Assembly (NCBI RefSeq): GCF_964204645.1
Contig: NC_134025.1
Span: forward strand, 19,009,101-19,073,100
Direction of reading: 5' to 3'
Source: Tubulanus polymorphus
Taxonomy: Eukaryota; Animalia; Nemertea
DNA: 64,000 bases
The translations under genes were made by a program, and so were the position numbers. Below are positions 13,644 through 25,691 of this stretch, one piece after another (position 1 is the stretch's first letter; every line of letters begins with the position of its first letter). The notes below the pieces were generated by a model. It worked only from the letters and a program-made list of their open reading frames with translations. It searched no databases and was not told where the DNA came from.

Positions 13644-14032
13644 ATATGTTCTATGATTTTGTGATTATCAAGGTCATTGTTTTGTGTACATGGTCTCCAG
13701 GGGGTGTTTAGTAGCTGAATCATTAAGAATTTTCATATTATATTGTTACCTAGGCATATTTTGTAACAATCAATTGCATAATTGTAGTTAGTGACATGTT
13801 CTTTAAGGGGCATTGAATATTGAAATTTTCTGTTTGTAGAGCATTTCAAACTACTTCCAAAGTGGATGTGGTGTCCCTGGACCCCTAGTTTACTGAGTAG
13901 GTTTTACGAGATTGCCACCACAGTCATTTTGGTGTTTGACATGGCCATTTTAGGCTTGTTCCCACCCACTCAACAGTCTACAGTTGCAAACCAATGTTCT
14001 TATTACTTGATCTGTGGTTTTATGATTGGAGG

Positions 14033-14377
14033 CATCCTACCTCGGCAGGGATTCGAACCTGATGGCATTGCTACACTCAGCCACGGCCACTGGCTACACT
14101 CAGCCACACTAGACCGGGTGCGCAGGTACATGCGCAGCTATGCTGCGCAAAAACTTGCGGCACCAATCAGATTGCTCGTTGTATAATCACTGAGGTAAAT
14201 TTCACGGAAGAACTAGAAATGGGAAAACCCGGGCTAAAATAAAACAGGATATCCGATTGGCTGATAATGACATCATCTAAGCTGCGCGTGGAGCTGTGTA
14301 CTCGGTCTAGCGTGGCAGAGTTTCGTACCGTGCCAATCTCGATGCCATCAGGTTCGAATCCCTGCCCGGGGAGGATG
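14033..14377. mobile_element. fold-back element with ~110-bp tRNA-like inverted arms
   Basis: both arms share CATCCT…GGCAGGGATTCGAACCTGATGGCAT…GCCAC.CTAGACCG…GCGCAGCT; B box in each arm. Confidence 0.8.
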
Positions 14378-15049
14378 GATGGAAGGAGGATGAGCCCTAT
14401 TATTTTTTTTACCTATACAGGTCATTCAAGATGGCTGCCATAGTAATTTTGGTCTGTAAAAAAGCCAGAATTTTGGACCTTGTCTCCACTCAGTCTTTAG
14501 TTTCAGAACAATTTTCTTATTACTTGATCCGTCTACGGTCTACAGTTTTGTGATTTGAATGTGGATTATGTGGATTAAAGACATAAGCAGAATGAACTCT
14601 TCTATTTTTGATGTATGTAGGTCATCCAAGATGGCGGCCACAGTTATATCAGTGTCTGAAATAGCCAATTTGGAGTTAGTTACTGCTCTACATCGGAGAT
14701 GGTTTCAGCAACAAAATTTTGAGAAATAGGCATTACGGACATTGTCTTTGCTCTGTCGTCTATTGTTTTTAGGACATTCATAAACAAATATCCTTATTTG
14801 ATCAGTTTGCCCGTTGATGATGTCACTTCCGATTTAGGTTGGCAGACATTTATGGTCATTTTAAAGTCAGTTAGTTAGAAATTTCCTCGAAATCTGCTTT
14901 AGAGAAAGGGTGTCTTCATGTTGGTATTAAATCTGCTTAAGAATAGTAGCGTTGTTTTGCTGTGCCCTCTTAAGAAAATGCTCTCCATGCTGTTTGTGTG
15001 ACATCACAATCATTTCACCACGTTTAATGATTGATTTATTGCATTGCAG

Positions 15050-15089
15050 GAACGATTAAAAGCTCAAAATTTGAATAAAGATGATCCTG
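15050..15089 (+). CDS. PPP1R12A: MYPT small exon (ERLKAQNLNKDDP)
   Basis: ttgcag acceptor, CTG|gtaagt donor; 40 nt supplies the phase 0 to phase 1 change needed by the next exons. Confidence 0.8.
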
Positions 15090-15470
15090 GTAAGTGCAAA
15101 AACCTCTGTTGCTAGCTCATCAAATTCAAGATAACATCCGTTTACTGGCCTAATTAGAATCAAGATAGCTGACGGGTGGCCATTGTTGTTCACCGAATCA
15201 GCACCTTTACCACAATTCTAGGATCAACTGTGTTGATCCTTATAGAATGGTTCCAAGAGTAACTTTCTGTTAGCTCTGGGTGGCACAAATTGTAACCAAT
15301 GGATATACACTGCTGATAATTTGTCATTAGACAGGAAATAGGATTTGGAATGGGATACTTGCAATGCTACAGTGGAAAGTGAGGATTCAACAGTAATCCG
15401 CCAGGATCGCTAGTGGCACTGGGTTACCGTGTTTCAATTTCTTTCAGCATTTCAATCAAATGCTAATTTA

Positions 15471-16741
15471 TTTTTAGCCCACTTGGGACTTTAGTCCCAG
15501 CGGGCTATTGCGTTCACTTTTCGTCCGTCGTCCGTCGTCCGTCCGTCCGTAGACGGAATCCAGTTATGTTGGGAAGTTTTGAAGACGCTTCAAGGTAATG
15601 TCTTGATATTTGGGTTACACATGTATCTACCCTAGACACATCTTCAGCCCAAAAACTGGCCCCGTCAGAATCAAGATGGCCGACTAGCAGCCATTGTTGT
15701 TCGCCAAAATCAGCACTTTTTACACATTTTTGAACTTTTTGAGGGAAATTTTGAAGACGCTTTGATCAATAACCTTGATCTTTCGGATATATGTGAATCC
15801 CCCAGGGCCCATCAACATAACAAAAATTGGGTGGGTCGGACTCAAGATGGCCGTCCTATGACCTTTTTAGTGCCCAAAAATGTTAATTTGGGCCCGAATT
15901 CCGAGTCCTGTAGCTTCCTACTGGTTTGCCATTTCTCATTGCAATTTGATGGGTATTCTATGGAAAGGGATGTTTTATACCTGAGACAGGTATTTTTCAT
16001 CAGCCAATTATGACGCAATAGGTGGCCATCTTTGTGTCACCAGTACTCATTCGTAAGTGGGAAAAAGTTTTTCCACATTATATTGATACCTAAGCGTATT
16101 TTGCTACCACAATCAATTAGAAAGTTGTAGCTCATAACGTGTTCTATGATTGTGGTGAGTTTCAAGGTAATTGGATTTCGTATATGGCCACCAGGGGGCG
16201 TTGAATAATACAATATTTTAGCATTTCTTTATTATATTCGTACCTATGCATATTTTGTAACCACAATCAATTGGAAAGTTGTAGCTCATGACATCATCTA
16301 TGATTGTTGCGAGTTTTAAGGACATTAGTTTGTCTATATGGTCACCAGGGGCCGTTGAATAGTAGAATAACTTAGCATTTCCTTATTATATTGGTACCTA
16401 AGCATATTTTGTTACCATGATCGATTGCAAAGTTGTAGTTCATGACATGTTCTATGATTGTGGTGAGTTTCGAGGTCATTGGGTTTTGAATATGGTCACC
16501 AGGGGGCGTTGAATACTAGAATGACTTAGTATTTCCATATTAAATTGGTAACGAGGCATATTTTGTTATCACAATCATATACAAAATCGTAGCTGCTGAC
16601 ATGTTCTATGATTGTGGTGAGTTTCAAGGTCGTTGGTTTTTGTAAATGGTCACCAGGGGGCATTGAATATTGAAATTGTTAGATTGTTGAGCATTTGAAA
16701 CCACTTCCCAAGTGGGCATGGTGTCCCTGGACCCCTAGTTT
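15471..16741 (+). mobile_element. complete Helentron-type non-autonomous element (HINE/DINE-like) family A
   Basis: T-run, subTIR GCCCACTTGGGA with adjacent inverted copy, (GTCC/GTC)n microsatellite, four 154-bp tandem units, subTIR TCCCAAGTGGGC at 16706-16717, short 3' hairpin, TTT. Confidence 0.85.
16080..16690 (+). repeat. 154-bp tandem array (about 4 units) inside HINE-A
   Basis: anchor tacc/taac at 16087, 16241, 16395, 16549. Confidence 0.92.
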
Positions 16742-19484
16742 ACATTAGTTAATCAATTTTCAGTGAAATCTATAGGCCTACCATTGACTGAGTGAGAAAG
16801 CATATCTTATATATTAATCCGATAAAGTGTTTGATAATCCTTTCACCCTGAAATATCATGGTCAAATTCATCGGAAATGAATTTGATTTTCATTATGCCT
16901 TCTGGTTGGTGCTGGTATTCCATTGATATGGAAAGTTTGGTCTATCAGCTGTTAGCCGTTCAGAAGTACTTGGAGAAAATGAGCAAAATTTCAGTGAATT
17001 TTTCCCCATTTTACTTATTAATGTTTGACCTTGTTTCTCCATAATGAGGTCACTGGGAGAGCAGAACAAACTTAGTATCGATTGTTCTGCCATGTGTTAG
17101 AAACATGGTTAAAACCCATTACCATGTTGAAGATGCTTACTATACAATGATGTTTTGCACCAAGATTCAGTGATGAAAATCTTCCGGGGGAACGTGGATT
17201 TCCGTGGAAATTTTCATGATTCCCATTTTTATCATTCTTGAGATTGATGAAGATCAGTTAAGAAAATGATTGGAGGTTAAGGTCTTGGGGAAAAGTTGAG
17301 AGTTAGATCGTAGCACACTTAAAGAACTGACTGTAAAAGCATCTTATAAAACTGGTGCTACGATCTCTGAAATATCTTATACAACATCATCGTGAAACAT
17401 CGCTGTTGTCTAGACCTGCGGTACAGATCAATGATAATAGCGCTGGGTGGGAAATCTATATTTAGAATCTGTGGTTGCTCGCTTCAATTCATTCAACAAA
17501 GCATAGCCTATGTGCTCAATAAAAGTAGTCATTGTTTTAATTCAGGCACAGTGTGCTTGTCTTGAGTGATAGAAAAGAAAATTATTGATGGGGGCTCCTC
17601 TTGGGATTCAACTAGTTATTGACAAGTGCATTTAAGCATGAACATGTTCTAGTGATTTGGATATTGCCCAAGCAATCCTTTTCATTTACCTTGGAATTAT
17701 GGTCCTTTATTGAGGTATTCAAAGGAAGATTTGAAATGCTTTAATTATTCAATCAATTATCCTGGCCTTTCATAAGGGCCCATCAGCATGAAAAAGAATT
17801 TGGACAATCTGACTCAAGATGGTCGTCCTGTGACCTATTTTGTGCTCAAATTGATAGTTGATATTTATTTATCCCCTGTCTGAGAATACATTTCCTCACA
17901 TGGAATTAGGATCACCCATCTTTTATGGACTTTTGCTTTAGCGAAGTCCTTTTTGCTATGGCATATGACACTTTCTTCCTTTGGTGCGAAATAACTTGCG
18001 AACGAGGCTTAGTTTCTCTTCGGAACATTCAAAACATTCGATGCAATGGAGACTTTCATCAGAATACGTTGCTCATTTATCAATTTAACGTTATTTATTT
18101 GTTGTTGGAACTACACATGCGCTGATACGTATATTCATGTTTCACATACGTGTGCTTCACACAGATTCACTGCTATGTGGTGTATTGATCGGTGCATGTA
18201 TATGAAAAACGTGCAGTCAGTTTGCCAGGAAACTGCAAGTGATTTGACTGCGCACCACCGTGGTAAACACAAACGGCAAGCGCGCATATTCTTAATTTTA
18301 AAAATATGGTGAAGCCTATAATGAAATCTTTATGAATTATAAATGCTTTAGAGTATATAACTGAAATGTAATTATACCCTCCCCCTGGAGTCTGGTTGTC
18401 CATCATCCGTTTGTGGACAAAATCTTGTCCGGAGATCTAAACCACTGGCTCTCTTTTCTTGTTACTTGGCATGTTGATCTCAAAATGTAGTTTTGTATCT
18501 GAGTTTTATTCTGTAATTGGATCCAAGATGGGTGACTGGCCGCCGTATTTGTTTTCTCGGATGCTCAATAGGGCCTACATGAAAAAGATGGTGTCAGATA
18601 ACATTTAAATGAAGCAGATTTGATAACGAAAGTGTGTTGCAGATATGTAGTTGGTGGAATGATAAGCCCCTGTGCAAAGTTTCTAGCTCACATGATATTC
18701 CATGTGGCCAACGAGGGGTACTGAATATATATAAAAAAGTGTCGACTTCGGATATGTTGTAAACAACATATTTCATTGTCTCCCTGATGGGGATTGGGGC
18801 ACGTGAGATTTACACCCTTATTGAAAATGCAGGTTATGGGTCATCAAATATATCCGCCAGGGCAGCCATCTTGAATTCTTGATGGATTTTCATCAAATTT
18901 TTGCGAATTCCAAATGCTCATTGCTGGTGAGAATATAATTATTTCACATCGCCAGCATAGGTATGGTTTCATTTTAATACCCGGTGATTGTTTTGATTGA
19001 CATTGAAGTGTAAGCGAACATTCACACGGCCTCATGTACGCGCTGAGTGCTAGTTGCGCACACACGCTCGTACTACTACAGTTTACAATACTATATAGTG
19101 TTTCTGTCATAACGCTGCTTGCTGGCGCGTGCACGTTTGACATGAAAATAAGCTTTCATTTAAACTATTATAGCAGAAGATGAGCGCTGTGTTTTTGTTT
19201 GATAGAATTTGTAATAAGTTGTAATTTCTTGTGACCTGAAAATGCTTAGCAGCAAACTATAGGTATAGGGCGAGGTCTGAATATTTTAGTGGTAATAAAA
19301 CAATCTATTGATATACGCCGATATTAAATTACGGTGCCCCGTATGTTTCTTAGCATTGCGGTCATACATTGGAAAGGATTGTCAAGACTATTTAGCCACC
19401 CTCTGATTTGTGATCATATGAATTTTATTAGCTCCAGTTTTTAAGGTAAACCTCACTATGCCCATGAGCAATTTATTTCACCAA

Positions 19485-19650
19485 GGGATCATTCATTTAT
19501 AACGTTCGCATAAAATTTGAAATTTTCAACCCCCCCTCCCCCTCTGTACGCAAAATCGACCATTTTTTCATATACATTAAGCATTACAGTACGCAATTGC
19601 ACTGACCCCCTCCCCCTCCGCTAATGCGTACGTAATAAATGAATAACCCC
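19485..19650. mobile_element. short MITE
   Basis: GGG.T.ATTCATTTAT.ACGT.CGCAT inverted ends; similar end at ~51665-51690. Confidence 0.7.
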
Positions 19651-20820
19651 CAATTACTAAGCGTTCCGACGTAGAGCCAACGGTACTGGGAATAATCTTG
19701 AATTTGGTTTCCGGAGATATTATAGCTAGGTGCTGGCAACACTGAACTTAAACCAAATTTTAGATTGTTGAGCATTTCTAGCCACTTCCTTAGTTGACAT
19801 GGTGTTCCTAGACCCCTAATTTGATCTCATCACCAGAGGGAGTTGAATATTGAATTATAGGCCCTATGCATTCTGTCTATTTTTACTGGTACTCATGCAT
19901 AATTTTAATCGCAATCATTATGACATATTCTATTATTGTGGGTTTCGAATTCATTTGTTTTCTATATGGTAACCTTGGAGCATAGAATAGCCGAATATTT
20001 TGATATTTTCATACTGTATTGGTACCTATGCATATTTTGTTGCCTGTCATTTGCAAAATTGTAGCTCGTGGCATGATTGTGGTGAGACTCAGGGTCATTA
20101 GTTCAAATCATTAGTTGATTTGGTTTTTGGGAGGAATATTTTTATTTGCACTACAGAAAATATCATTGACAAGTTCAGGGAAAAAAGGTTTTCTCAAATC
20201 GGATGGATGACCTCGATATGCTAATTCAATCAAATTTTATTCTGCAAAAAAATGTCAAATCCAATTCAATTTTACTTCATTGAACAAGCTTAAAATGCAA
20301 TTAGATTTTATTTTATTGAGCAAATTTCAGAAAATTCAATTCTTTTCCGCATTCAAATCAATAAGACCTAGGGAAATGATTTATCTGAGGTGTTTGTTCC
20401 TGCCAGCTCCAGTCGCTGTCTGAGCTACTTATGAAAACACGATTGAATTGTGTAAATTATTAGCCTGAGATTGACTAGTCTAGAACTGGGAGTGTATTTG
20501 GACAAATTTAACCCACAGAATGCATCATTTGCCATTTTATGAAAAGCTGACAGGCTGGCCATTGTGCCCCTTGTTTAGCTTTTCGAACACCTTCCCAAGT
20601 GGGTGTAGTCTCCCTTGACCCCCTAATTTTCCAAGTGTGAACAATAAGAGCATAATTTGGCAAAATATGGTGACTAATCCTATTGCTTTAGGAATATCAC
20701 GTAATCTGATTTTTATCTCATCCTAATTAAGCCTTGGCTATTTGAGAATGTTATAAAGCTGCACTTGATTCACTTAAATGTACGCTGGTATAACACATCA
20801 TGTGATAATTTGAATTTTAG

Positions 20821-20928
20821 GTCCTCCAACTTTAAGAATCAGTCGCATTTCTGGATCGAATGATTCTACAATGATGGGCCAAGGCTCGTCATTTCGTGAT
20901 CAGCAAAAGACAGGTGATAAAGATGAAG
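20821..20928 (+). CDS. PPP1R12A: MYPT exon (GPPTLRISRISGSNDSTMMGQGSSFRDQQKTGDKDE)
   Basis: aattttag acceptor, AAG|gtaaaa donor, symmetric phase 1/1, open frame, in non-repeat sequence. Confidence 0.75.
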
Positions 20929-22361
20929 GTAAAACTAGCTATACTTTTAGTTATTTTATAAACTGCATATCATTAGGCCACAAGTAATTAATTAGTTGTT
21001 TCTTAACCTGTGAAAAGTTCCAACCCTATGTAGGTATGCGGAAAACACAACTCAAGATACAAAAAAAAAAAAAAATTCCTTACAAAGAATAACATGAGTT
21101 AAAATTGCATATCAGTGTTCTCACTGAGGGGTTACGTGACCTCATTTGTACGTGTCGTCAATTTATAGCCACCAGTAGTAGTATGTATAGTGAGAAAAAA
21201 GCGTTGTGTCTCGAGTGTCTATACTCAATACAGTCATCCGGATATCGCAGTGTGCAGCGCACTGTTCACTTATTCAGGGGTTTCGACCTCTACTGCTTGA
21301 GATGCTGATTGTTAGTGAAATGTGGATGTGCCGCATTGGAAGTAGACATTACTTTTCAAAATATGGTGATCGTTTATGATGTGCTCAAAATGACTCTAAG
21401 TGCTCGGAAAACGTTTTTAATTTCAAAGATTTTTCTGCTATCATAACAGAACCACCAACTGTTGTGGCGGTTGACCAGCCATTTCTTCTCTCAAGGAACT
21501 GTTCACTTTAATTAATCTAAATAAGATAAAGTTTTTTGTATACGTACGGGAAACTTATTCCAAAAATACAGAATATCCTGCCTACTTGGCAGAATTCTAA
21601 AGACTGACCACACCTCTCAATATCTATTAATTTATATACAATTTATCTCCATACTAAGACAACGGTAACTCACAACATCTTCATTAAATTTTCCACAAAA
21701 CAATTAAGTACCTTACATATTATATATCACACTTAATAACAGCTAATATCGAGCTAATCGGCCAATTTATATCTCTATTTTCAAACATTAAATAAATATT
21801 CATATTACAATATTCTGATGGGAGACCGAAGATTCGGCCACTTTCTAACCTACTTACTTAACATACAGAAATGGTAGGAAATTTGATTTCACACATCAAT
21901 TTCAATGACAAGGCCTACAAATACAGCATAAAAGTTAATTATATGATATCTACGAAAGCAAACTTACCTAAATAAGATAAAGTTTTTTGTATATAGTTTT
22001 TTGTACAAAAATACAAAATATCCTGCCTACTTGGCAGAATTCTAAAGACTGACAACACCTCCAGGAAGTCAATCATGATTTTACAAACACCCATAGAGGG
22101 TGCCAGTATACAGTAAATAATTTTCACTCTATCAAACTCCAAATGACCCACAGTGCGGGTCACACGTGAAGAAAGGGGTAAAAAAACTTTCCTTATTCAA
22201 ACACCGTATGAAGACAACATTTTTAACGCGCGCATCATTATGAGCATTGATATGATGTCACTAGTGAATAAAAGTGTGTGTAGTTTGAGGATCAGGCACG
22301 TGCTTGAGATGTTGACTGTTGCTATGAGACTCCTTTTGCTCCTTTTGTATTTTCTTCACAG

Positions 22362-22477
22362 AACCTGAAAAATGTAAATTTCTGGATCCTGATCAAGATC
22401 CAAGAATAAGTCAAGCAATCCAGGCTCGACGGAAACGGAAAGAACGTAGGCCAACTGGGAAAGTGGATCCTTCAGAT
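22362..22477 (+). CDS. PPP1R12A: MYPT exon with second basic phosphosite (…QARRKRKERRPTGKVDPSD)
   Basis: tttcttcacag acceptor, GAT|gtaagt donor, phase 1/0; corresponds to MYPT1 RRRPREKRRSTG (Thr853 region). Confidence 0.9.
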
Positions 22478-23502
22478 GTAAGTTAAATCAATGATGAGAT
22501 GGAATCCTAAATGTGTATGTAAAATAAGGCAGCAGGCCGATTGTTGTGTCTGCCTACCCATCCAGGCACGCTGGTGGGTGGATGGTCGGTCGGTCGTGAC
22601 TTCGGGCGGGCTGACATGTAGATATAGTGCCCACTACATGCAGTCTTCAGTTTTTTGGTTTACCTTTGTCAGCAGTATGAAGTTGGCATCGAGCCAATTC
22701 ATGTAAAATCACGGTACGTTTTTTATGTGAGCATTTGTTTCATTGGTTCTCGGCTTGAACGACGTATAATCAATGCGATTGAAGACATGGTGAACCTCCG
22801 TCGTTGACATTGTCAACTTAGTTAAACAGTTGTACATTATACACTACCATATAGTGATGCTGTAACGCTGCTTGCTGGCGCGTGCACTTTTATAGCATAA
22901 GATGAGCGCTGTGTTTTATGTTTGATAGAATTTGTAATAAATTGTAATTTCTTTTGACCTGAAAATACTAAGCAACAAACTATAGGTATAGGTCGAGGTC
23001 TGAATATTTTAGTGGTAAAATCCAGCATTTAAAACGATCTACTTACATACGCCGAGTTTTTACAGTACCAGTATTTTAGCTTCCGCGGCCATACATTGGA
23101 GGAGGTTTCCAAGACTCAATATTCAGCCACCCTCTTATTGGTGACATATGAATTTTATTTTAGTATTTTTCATATTGTGAAAAATATTTTTTCAAAATAT
23201 GAAATAGCTTTCCTGCCTACCTGTACCCTATGAAATTTTGGATGTGTTACCGTAAACAAATGTATATCTTGGGTCTCATTTGACTACAAAATAATTTTTT
23301 GGGAAAGATAAAATACAAAATAAACTTTTAGAACTTTAATGTCACAGATTAAAAAGATTTTTCAATCAATGCCCTTGCTCCAAACAACCTCTAGCTTTTT
23401 CAAGGTAAACCACACTTTGCCCATGGGCAATTTATTTATAGATTGCACTTCAGAACTATCTGAAAAGGGATCTCGGCGCATTACCCTGTTCAAAATTTGG
23501 TC

Positions 23503-23961
23503 CAGAGCTGCCAACCGTTCTGATTTATCCGTAAATGTTCTGGAATATCGTGTAAAAATACGGCGTTCGGCTTTTAGAAGAATTGTTACGGATTTTTATT
23601 CACCTGAGAATACTGAAAAAATTTGATAAGTTACGGAAAACTTAATCGTTTTTGTGGCTAATTGCATCGTTTTTTCTTAAATCTCTGAGAATCACTCTAG
23701 TCAACTCAAATTATGCTCTCAATATGACGCTGTACTGGTGCGTCATCTGTATTTAATTATCTGAAGATGGCGCACTAGTACGGTGTCAGAAAATGGGAGC
23801 ACAAATTTTGTCCCTAGTAATTTGCCCTAATACAGATTTTGAAGACCTCAATACTGATTTTTAAAACGTCTTCTGGTTTGGAAATTGGGAAAAGTTTTGA
23901 AAATACTGACAAAACTTGGACATTTGTTCAGCAAAAGATGAAATCTAGGTTGGCAGCTCTG
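23503..23961. mobile_element. non-autonomous hAT MITE, same TIR as 27314-31275
   Basis: TIR CAGAGCTGCCAACC; flanks TTGGTC/CTGGTC (6 bp, 1 mismatch). Confidence 0.88.
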
Positions 23962-24249
23962 CTGGTCGATGTCATTCAAATTATGACCATGTTCTAGTTT
24001 TTAGCCCACATGGGACTTTACTCCCAACAGACTATTGCATTCGCCTGTTTCCATCGTCCGTCCGATTGTCCGTAGACAGCATCCAGATATTTTGAGAAGT
24101 TTTGAAGACGCTTCAATGGATTGTTTTGATCCTAGGTTTATACATGTATCTACCCTAGATATATCTTCAGCCCAAAAAGTGGCCCGTCAGAATCAAGATG
24201 GCTGAGTGGCAGCCATTGTTGTTTGCCAAAATCAACACTTAACACATTT

Positions 24250-25691
24250 TTAGCATTGGTTGACGTCTATGACGTCATGCCAATGCTAGTAAAATGGATC
24301 GAAAATAGTAGTACGAAAAAATAGCGCCGACTCTTCTGAAACCCGTATGTGATCGTGCGGGAACGCCTTTACTAAAGTTAAAACCATTTCATGATGACAC
24401 GAAACATCGAACGGTAAACGGTAGGCTACCACCATGATACAATATCACCAATAAAGATATATTTTATTCAATTTTACCAGAGTTGTTTATTGGAGGAAAA
24501 TATCATTGTTAAGTACGCCGAGAACAACCATGTTGTATTATCAATCAGTTGACTGACATTGTAAAATTCGATTCGGCTATATTCTTATATAAGATTATAT
24601 AAGACTCAGCAGAGATTCGCTTTGTAATGCGCGCCGGGAAAAAATACCTTTTATTATCTTTTCCATGCGTTAAACAACAGTGATTGAATTTACGCGTTGT
24701 TTGTCGTAAATTGCAATATTGCGATGGTTATTTGCCGCTGCTGTAGTTTTTTTGAATCAAATCGAGCAGCCTCGGTAGCTCAGTGAGATAAGGCGTGATG
24801 CTGTTGAATCCACTATCAATGCTGAGTTACAAGTGGGTTCGAGTCCTGCTGGCTGCGAACAGTGTGCGGGCAACACTTCAAAGGCCGTACCTTCGTGAGG
24901 TTAAATAATCAATCCAATAGGAATAGTCTCGGGAAACCAAGATCCAAACGACGTACGTAAAGCCAAACAATCAAAAAGACAAACAAACAATCATCAGCCG
25001 GCCTCAGTGACACCAACGCCGGCATTGCTCTCTGCGTACATGCATCAGAGCTTGGAGCTCTAAGATCAGAGGGTCTTGCAATTGCATTCAGAAAAATGGT
25101 TCTGTTTTTGTTTTCATTATTCAGTGGGGCCTAACATTTCATGCGTAAAAATGGGTTTTTGTATCCAAATCTTGATTGATATAAATATCTTCGCTGGGAC
25201 ATGATGGAAAACATCAGAATAAACTAGTTTCGTCTTTTTAACAGAATCGCATTAATGACGTTTAACAGTACAAATAGCCTAGGCTAAATCGTTCGGCAGA
25301 AAATAAATTCATTTTCAGGAATAGAATCGTACCAGACAAACAGACCTTTAAGGCTAAACAAAAATGATTCCTTGTTTCTCCGCAGCGGCCGGGTCATTTT
25401 TGTAAAATATGATAAATTTATAAACAGTTCATTTCTATAGCGGCCGGGTCTGTTATGGTAAAATTGATCACGATTTAAAAAAAAGTAATGTATAGGGTAG
25501 ATAGGCGGCCGGCCGGGTCAACATTTAAGCTCAGCAGAGCGGAGAAACAAGGTATCAATTTTTTTAGCCTAAGTCTGTGGTCCTCCCAATCAACATCGTC
25601 ATAGAAGATTTGCCGGCAGATGTAAAACATTATAACCACTTAATACCACAGTATAATTTACCAATGCTTCAAGGCCCATGGGCCTCTTGTT
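24250..25691 (+). mobile_element. HINE family C, second copy (partial third copy at ~31934-32255)
   Basis: colinear with 36764-38471 apart from internal deletions and a MITE insertion. Confidence 0.85.
25352..25569. mobile_element. MITE with TAA TSD (Zator or Harbinger type)
   Basis: TIR GGCTAAA…CCTTGTTTCTCCGC; empty site cctttaagtctg at ~38343 in the paralogous HINE-C. Confidence 0.88.

Noticed and set aside
16080-16690. Regularly spaced repeats resembling a CRISPR array
   Set aside because: Whole 154-bp units are homologous with no unique spacers, there are no cas genes, and the context is a eukaryotic intron
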